Position numbers and translations under genes: made by a program. This document shows, piece after piece, positions 25,828-32,000 of a DNA stretch of 32,000 nucleotides. This DNA comes from Geobacter metallireducens GS-15. Lineage in GTDB: Bacteria; Desulfobacterota; Desulfuromonadia; Geobacterales; Geobacteraceae. Below the pieces are notes generated by a model. The model searched no databases. It saw only the letters and a list, made by a program, of their open reading frames with translations, and had not been told where the DNA came from. Numbering within the stretch: position 1 is the first letter of the stretch; every line of letters starts with the position of its first letter. The stretch spans positions 3,210,001 through 3,242,000 of the forward strand of contig NC_007517.1 of the NCBI RefSeq assembly GCF_000012925.1, in the 5' to 3' direction.

Positions 25828-27276
25828 ATGGAACGGGAACTCTTCGACAAACCGCTGAAGATCGACACCAGACCTCTCTGGCTGATCCTCATCGACCGCT
25901 CAGCACGCTACCAGGTCTTCGCCGGGCTGATCATCGCCTGCGCTATTCTTTTCAGGCTCACACCTCCGGAGGGGCTTTCAGCGGCAGGGTACCATGCCCT
26001 CATCGTCTTCGGAGCAACCATCTTCCTCTGGATATCGGGACTGCTCCCCATCGCCGTGACGGCGCTCTTTTCCATGGCCTTGCTGCCGCTCCTCGGCATC
26101 ATGGAAGCGAAGAAGACCTATGCCCTCTTTGGCAACGAGGCTGTCTTCTTCATCATCGGCGCCTTTATCCTGGCGGCGGCCATGACCGGCACGGGGCTAT
26201 CGGCCCGACTCGCCCGCGCCATGCTGGCCCGGTTCGGCAAGACGCCTCGCAGCCTCGCCCTGACGGTATTCCTCCTTTCGGCGATTCTCTCGTTTTGCAT
26301 GAGCGAGCACGCCGTGGCGGCCATGATGTTCCCTGTGGTAGAGGAGATCGGTACGAGCCTCGGCCTTGAGCGCGGCAGAAGCCGCTACGCCAAGCTCCTT
26401 TTCATGTCCATGGCGTGGGGATGCATCATCGGAGGGATCGCCACCTTCCTCGGCGGGGCGCGTGCGCCGCTGGCAGTGGGGATGCTCCGGGAGACGAGCG
26501 GCCTCGACTACACTTTCTTCGAGTGGACCGTTGCCGCCATCATGATCGTCGCACCGCTGCTTGTCATCGGCTTTCTCCTGCTCCTCCTCTTCTTTCCCCC
26601 CGACATTGCGGGAGTCGACGAGGGGCTTCGCTTCCTGAACCGCAAACGACTCGAAACGGGAAAGATGGGATACGGCGAGATGACCGTTGCCGCAGTGATG
26701 GTCGTAACCATCGCCTGCTGGATGGCCTTGGGCAAAGAGCTGGGCCTGGCAAACATCGCAATCCTGGCCATGGTCGCCCTCTTTGTCTTCCGGGTGGTCT
26801 CCTGGCAGACAATCGAAGAGTACGTCAACTGGGGAATCATCCTCATGTACGGCGGTTCCATCGCACTGGCCACCGCCCTTGAAAAGACCGGCGCCGCCCT
26901 CTGGATTGTCGAGCGGGGGCTCGGGGCCTTCTCACCGTCGCCGCTCATGGTGATTGCCGTCATCTCGCTGGTGTCGATCCTGCTGACCGAGTGCATCAGC
27001 CACGCTGCCGTGGTCGCCATCCTCATGCCGATCGGCATGTCCCTGGCAAAAAGCCTCGGCATGGATCTCAAGGTGATGACGCTCGCCATTGCGCTTCCTG
27101 CAGGTCTCGCCTACTGCCTCCCCATGGGGACGCCGGCCACGGCCATCGCCTACGCCTCGGGATACCTGCGAAGCAAGGACATCATCATCCCGGGTGCCTT
27201 GGTGATGGCCATTTCCTGGCTCCTCTTCATGGCTGCGGCAATCTTCATCTGGCCCCTGATTGGCCTGAACATCTGA
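25828..27276 (+). CDS. SLC13/DASS-family anion transporter (probable sulfate permease)
   Basis: 482 aa with about 12 or more hydrophobic helices. Sequence character (LWISGLLPIAVTALF, GNEAVFFIIGAFILAAAM, repeated hairpin-like segments) fits DASS/SLC13 permeases. The sulfate role is inferred from context immediately upstream of cysHDN. Confidence 0.75.
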   Translation: MERELFDKPLKIDTRPLWLILIDRSARYQVFAGLIIACAILFRLTPPEGLSAAGYHALIVFGATIFLWISGLLPIAVTALFSMALLPLLGIMEAKKTYALFGNEAVFFIIGAFILAAAMTGTGLSARLARAMLARFGKTPRSLALTVFLLSAILSFCMSEHAVAAMMFPVVEEIGTSLGLERGRSRYAKLLFMSMAWGCIIGGIATFLGGARAPLAVGMLRETSGLDYTFFEWTVAAIMIVAPLLVIGFLLLLLFFPPDIAGVDEGLRFLNRKRLETGKMGYGEMTVAAVMVVTIACWMALGKELGLANIAILAMVALFVFRVVSWQTIEEYVNWGIILMYGGSIALATALEKTGAALWIVERGLGAFSPSPLMVIAVISLVSILLTECISHAAVVAILMPIGMSLAKSLGMDLKVMTLAIALPAGLAYCLPMGTPATAIAYASGYLRSKDIIIPGALVMAISWLLFMAAAIFIWPLIGLNI

Positions 27277-27330
27277 ACACCCTTTGCCCGGAGCGCTCAC
27301 GCACTACGGACACGACCCAAAGGATCCAAC

Positions 27331-28038
27331 ATGACTGCAACCATTCAGAAAACAATCCCCCAACTTCCCCAGGACGCCACTCCACAGGACATCCTCAGGG
27401 CCGGAGTGTCGGCGACCGAGGGTTCTGTCAAGCTCGCCTGCTCCTTCTCTGTGGAGGACGTCATCATCATCGACATGGCAAAGGAACTGGGGTGCCCGAT
27501 TGGGATATTCGCCCTCGACACGGGGCGCCTCCACGAGGAGACCTACGAGGTGGCAGACGCCATCACGGAGCGCTACCGGATCCCGATAGACTGGTATTTC
27601 CCGCGGCACGAGACGGTGGAAAAGCTCGAACGCGACAAGGGGCTTTTCTCTTTCCGTGAATCCCTGGATAACCGCCATGAGTGCTGCCACATCCGCAAGG
27701 TGGAGCCACTTGGCCGGGCGCTCAAGGGGCTTGCCGGCTGGATCACCGGGCTCCGCCGCGAACAGAGCGTCACGCGGACCGGCCTCGCTCCCATCGAGAG
27801 CGACGAAGCAAACGGCGGCATCCTGAAAATCAACCCGCTCCTGGAGTGGAGTGAGGAACAGGTCTGGGAGTACGCCGAAAAGCGCCGGGTACCGGTGAAC
27901 CGTCTCCATAAACAGGGATACCCTTCGATCGGCTGCGCTCCCTGCACCCGCCCCGTGGCCCCGGGCGAGCATCCCCGAGCCGGACGATGGTGGTGGGAGA
28001 ATCCGGAGCATAAAGAGTGCGGGTTGCACCGGCACTGA
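27331..28038 (+). CDS. cysH: Assimilatory adenylylsulfate (APS) reductase, Fe-S cluster type
   Basis: 235 aa. It carries the Cys pairs [11 protein letters not shown] and SIGCAPCT, which ligate the [4Fe-4S] cluster in APS-specific CysH enzymes and are absent from PAPS reductases, plus the catalytic KECGLH near the C-terminus. Confidence 0.88.
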   Translation: MTATIQKTIPQLPQDATPQDILRAGVSATEGSVKLACSFSVEDVIIIDMAKELGCPIGIFALDTGRLHEETYEVADAITERYRIPIDWYFPRHETVEKLERDKGLFSFRESLDNRHECCHIRKVEPLGRALKGLAGWITGLRREQSVTRTGLAPIESDEANGGILKINPLLEWSEEQVWEYAEKRRVPVNRLHKQGYPSIGCAPCTRPVAPGEHPRAGRWWWENPEHKECGLHRH

Positions 28039-28070
28039 TGGAAGGCACAATCGTCTACGAGGATAACGAC

Positions 28071-28976
28071 ATGAGAACCACGCTGACCCACCTGCAGCAG
28101 CTCGAAGCAGAAAGCATCCACATCATCCGAGAGGTGGTGGCCGAATTTGCCAACCCGGTGATGCTCTACTCCATCGGCAAGGATTCGGCGGTCATGCTGC
28201 ACCTGGCACGCAAGGCCTTTTACCCGGCGCCGCCGCCGTTTCCCCTGCTGCACGTGGATACCACCTGGAAGTTCCGCGACATGATCCAATTCCGCGACCG
28301 GATGGCGGCCGAATGCGGCTTCGACCTGATCGTCCATGTGAACAAAGAGGGGGTGGAACAGGGGATTTCCCCATTCACCCACGGTTCAGCCCTCTACACC
28401 GATATCATGAAGACCGAGGGGTTGAAGCAGGCACTGGACAAGTACCGGTTCGACGCCGCCTTCGGTGGTGCCCGCCGTGACGAAGAAAAATCGCGGGCCA
28501 AGGAGAGGATCTTCTCCTTCCGCAGCGCCAACCACCGCTGGGATCCCAAAAACCAGCGCCCGGAACTCTGGAACCTTTACAACACCCGTATCAAGCAGGG
28601 GGAAAGCATCCGGGTCTTCCCGCTCTCCAACTGGACCGAGTTGGATGTCTGGCAGTACATCCACCTGGAGAATATCCCGATCGTCCCCCTCTACTATGCT
28701 GCGGTGCGGCCGGTGGTGGAGCGCGACGGCATGCTGATCATGGTGGACGACGAACGCCTGGAACTCAAGCCGGGCGAGACCGTGCAGCACAAGTCGGTAC
28801 GCTTCCGCACCCTCGGCTGCTACCCCCTCACCGGCGCAGTGGAGTCAACGGCTGACACCCTCCCCAAGATCATCCAGGAGATGCTCCTGACCCGCACCTC
28901 CGAGCGCCAGGGGCGACTCATCGACCACGACCAAGCGGGCTCAATGGAGAAGAAGAAGCAGGAGGGGTATTTCTAA
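28071..28976 (+). CDS. cysD: Sulfate adenylyltransferase subunit 2
   Basis: [52 protein letters not shown]... is collinear with E. coli CysD through to ...[13 protein letters not shown] is GAGGA. The alternative start at 28038 overlaps the cysH stop (TGATG). Confidence 0.92.
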   Translation: MRTTLTHLQQLEAESIHIIREVVAEFANPVMLYSIGKDSAVMLHLARKAFYPAPPPFPLLHVDTTWKFRDMIQFRDRMAAECGFDLIVHVNKEGVEQGISPFTHGSALYTDIMKTEGLKQALDKYRFDAAFGGARRDEEKSRAKERIFSFRSANHRWDPKNQRPELWNLYNTRIKQGESIRVFPLSNWTELDVWQYIHLENIPIVPLYYAAVRPVVERDGMLIMVDDERLELKPGETVQHKSVRFRTLGCYPLTGAVESTADTLPKIIQEMLLTRTSERQGRLIDHDQAGSMEKKKQEGYF

Positions 28977-30643
28977 TGGCACATCAATCGGAACTGATCG
29001 AAAAGGATATCCTCGCCTATCTCAAAAGCCAGGAGGAGAAATCGCTGCTCCGCTTCATCACCTGCGGCAGCGTTGATGACGGCAAGAGCACCCTCATCGG
29101 ACGGCTTCTCTGGGACTCCAAGATGATTTTCGAGGACCAGTTGGCTGCTTTGGAAGCCGACAGCAAAAAGGTCGGAACTCAAGGGGGCGCTATCGACTAT
29201 GCTCTGCTGCTGGACGGACTGCAGGCGGAGCGGGAGCAGGGGATCACCATCGACGTGGCCTACCGCTTCTTCTCCACCGACCGGCGCAAGTTTATCGTCG
29301 CCGACACCCCCGGCCATGAGCAGTACACCCGCAATATGGTGACCGGCGCCTCCACCGCCCAAGTGGCAGTAATCCTTGTGGACGCCCGCAAGGGGCTCCT
29401 GACCCAGACGCGGCGCCACAGCTACCTGGTCTCCCTCGTGGGAATCCGCCACATTGTCCTCGCCGTGAACAAGATGGACCTCATCGACTTCGACGAACAA
29501 CGGTTCGCCACGGTCGTGGGCGACTACCAGGAGTTCGCTGCCCCCCTCGGGTTCGCCTCCATCACCGCGATCCCCATTTCGGCACTGAACGGCGACAACG
29601 TCATCGAGCCGAGCAACAGCACCCCTTGGTACCAGGGTCCTACCCTCATGAGCTACCTGGAAACCGTGCAGGTCGCCGAAGAGCGCGCGACGGAACCGTT
29701 CCGGTTTCCGGTACAGTGGGTGAACCGTCCACACCTCGATTTTCGCGGTTTTTGCGGCACCATTGCCGCAGGCACCGTCCGTCCGGGTGATGAAGTGCGA
29801 GTCGCCGCCTCTGGCCTCACCAGCCGTGTGGCGCGGATCGTCACTATGGGCGGCGACCTGCCGGAGGCGGTGGCCGGTCAGGCAGTGACTCTCACCCTCT
29901 CTGACGAAATAGATATCAGCCGAGGCGACATGCTGACAGCAACCGATATGCCGCCGCGTCTCTCTCGACACCCAGAGGCCCACATGGTCTGGCTCCATGA
30001 CACTCCACTAGTGCCGGGGCAGATCTACCTCGTCAAGACTGCCAGCGCCGTGACCCCCGGCCGCGTCACCCGCGTCCAGTATGCGGTTGACGTTAACACT
30101 CTTGAACAGAGACAGGTGCCGACGCTGGCACTCAACGGCATCGGCGTGGTTCGGCTGGAACTGGACCGCGCTGTGGCCTTCGACCCCTACCGCCAGAATC
30201 GTGAAACAGGTAGTTTTATCCTTATTGACCGGTTCAGCAATGCCACCGTGGCAGCAGGCATGGTAATCGCTGCTGCCCCGCTGGAGTCACCAGATACTCA
30301 ACCGGCGGAAACCAGTACCAACGAAGGTTCATGCCTCTCCAAGCGATTTATCCTGCAAGACAGTACCGTCATTGGCGCGGATATGGGGGTTGCTGACTTA
30401 ACACGGGAATGGGGGCCGATTGAGCTCGAGGTCTCCGCGAGTTTCATCGATCATCTCGCCAAAGGGAACCGCGTCCTCTTCCGGCTTCGGGACGTGGGGC
30501 AACTGGAACCAGTTGCCCGGATGGCCTACGATCACAACCTTGTCTTTGAGTTCGGCCGGGACCAGGATCGAGTCAACGTGATTCTTTTCAAAAGTTGGCC
30601 TGAACCGTGCCCCAAAGATTTCGACGAGCGTGGTGGTCTTTAG
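28976..30643 (+). CDS. cysN: Sulfate adenylyltransferase subunit 1 (GTPase) with an uncharacterised C-terminal extension of about 105-120 aa
   Basis: G1 [10 protein letters not shown]3 DTPGH and G4 NKMD, with EF-Tu-like domains II/III up to ...[16 protein letters not shown] (about residue 431). The start overlaps the cysD stop (TAATG). There is no APS-kinase P-loop in the tail. Confidence 0.92.
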   Translation: MAHQSELIEKDILAYLKSQEEKSLLRFITCGSVDDGKSTLIGRLLWDSKMIFEDQLAALEADSKKVGTQGGAIDYALLLDGLQAEREQGITIDVAYRFFSTDRRKFIVADTPGHEQYTRNMVTGASTAQVAVILVDARKGLLTQTRRHSYLVSLVGIRHIVLAVNKMDLIDFDEQRFATVVGDYQEFAAPLGFASITAIPISALNGDNVIEPSNSTPWYQGPTLMSYLETVQVAEERATEPFRFPVQWVNRPHLDFRGFCGTIAAGTVRPGDEVRVAASGLTSRVARIVTMGGDLPEAVAGQAVTLTLSDEIDISRGDMLTATDMPPRLSRHPEAHMVWLHDTPLVPGQIYLVKTASAVTPGRVTRVQYAVDVNTLEQRQVPTLALNGIGVVRLELDRAVAFDPYRQNRETGSFILIDRFSNATVAAGMVIAAAPLESPDTQPAETSTNEGSCLSKRFILQDSTVIGADMGVADLTREWGPIELEVSASFIDHLAKGNRVLFRLRDVGQLEPVARMAYDHNLVFEFGRDQDRVNVILFKSWPEPCPKDFDERGGL

Positions 30644-30650
30644 ATCTACA

Positions 30651-30684
30651 AAGGTGGTCCTATTTGTGGGACCACCTTTTATCT
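30651..30684 (+). terminator. Rho-independent terminator of the cys operon
   Basis: Perfect 10-bp stem AAGGTGGTCC / GGACCACCTT with an 8-nt loop, followed by TTATCTT. Confidence 0.7.
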
Positions 30685-30768
30685 TCGGGATTCTTGTGCT
30701 GCCGAAATAATCCCTCCGTCACCAAGCGCAATAAAAATGGCCAGTGGTTACCGGAATCCATCGCACTA

Positions 30769-30814
30769 GATTGAGGGTACGGAAAGGATTGAGGGAAACG
30801 AGGCGATTGGAGGG
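30769..30814 (+). repeat. Three direct repeats GATTGAGGG / GATTGAGGG / GATTGGAGGG at an exact 18-bp period
   Basis: Repeat starts at 30769, 30787 and 30805, read from the sequence, in the non-coding gap between two convergent terminators. Confidence 0.6.
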
Positions 30815-30836
30815 TGGGGTAAAAGCACTAGGAACA

Positions 30837-30875
30837 GCAAAAGCCCCGCCCTCAGAGAAGAGAGCGGGGCTTTTG
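30837..30875 (-). terminator. Hairpin terminator downstream of 5S rRNA (end of the rRNA operon)
   Basis: Stem AAGCCCCGC / GCGGGGCTT with T-runs on both strands (AAAAGCCCCGC...GCGGGGCTTTTGG). Confidence 0.55.
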
Positions 30876-30883
30876 GATAAAAC

Positions 30884-31001
<118 letters not shown>

Positions 31002-31104
31002 AACCTTGTAAATGTATCTTTCCAATCACATGAGCGAGATGTTTAACGGGGTAAATATGGGGGGTGGGGTTACCACCCCCGTCAAATAGTTCGGGAAATA
31101 ATTA

Positions 31105-32000
<896 letters not shown>

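Noticed and set aside
30275-30643. Possibility that the CysN tail is a fused CysC APS kinase, as in NodQ/CysNC proteins.
   Set aside because: There is no Walker A (GxxGxGKS/T) motif. The tail is only about 105-120 aa, against about 180-200 aa for APS kinase, and it shows no resemblance to CysC motifs as I remember them. It is kept as an unknown domain instead.

Overview
High-GC (about 60%) bacterial chromosome segment. Its gene content and order look like a Geobacter/Desulfuromonadales core region; this is my inference from recognisable proteins, not a database hit. Left to right: (1) the N-terminal part of a SAM methyltransferase (-). (2) A minus-strand DUF3793 / DUF2325 / beta-barrel porin trio, divergent from the hybrid-cluster protein gene hcp, with a TTGAC-N4-GTCAA FNR/CRP-type palindrome between them. 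(3) Nitroreductase and DUF3108 genes (-). (4) Cytidylate-kinase-like and RluA-family genes (+). (5) A 12-haem c-type cytochrome (+) whose terminator carries an intact ISL3-family insertion (24-bp IRs, 8-bp target duplication). (6) A long minus-strand housekeeping block: rplI, DUF2232, rpsR, rpsF, ychF, pth, rplY, prs, tRNA-Gln, ispE, polysaccharide deacetylase, clpB, a small Cys-rich ORF and ilvE. (7) CIRCE-controlled rpoH and a ThiF/MoeB-type E1 (+). (8) A tightly packed five-gene sulfate-assimilation operon (+): unknown ORF, DASS transporter, Fe-S-type APS reductase cysH, cysD, and cysN with an unexplained C-terminal domain. (9) The 3' end of an rRNA operon (5S, partial 23S) on the minus strand. 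There is no CRISPR array, prophage or obvious defence island, and I do not see a clear-cut novel multi-gene system. The best candidates for undescribed biology are the hcp-divergent DUF3793/DUF2325/porin operon, the unknown first gene and the CysN C-terminal extension in the sulfate operon, and the unannotated-looking 58-aa Cys-rich ORF upstream of clpB. Most long ORFs in the track that lie antisense to these genes are high-GC artefacts.
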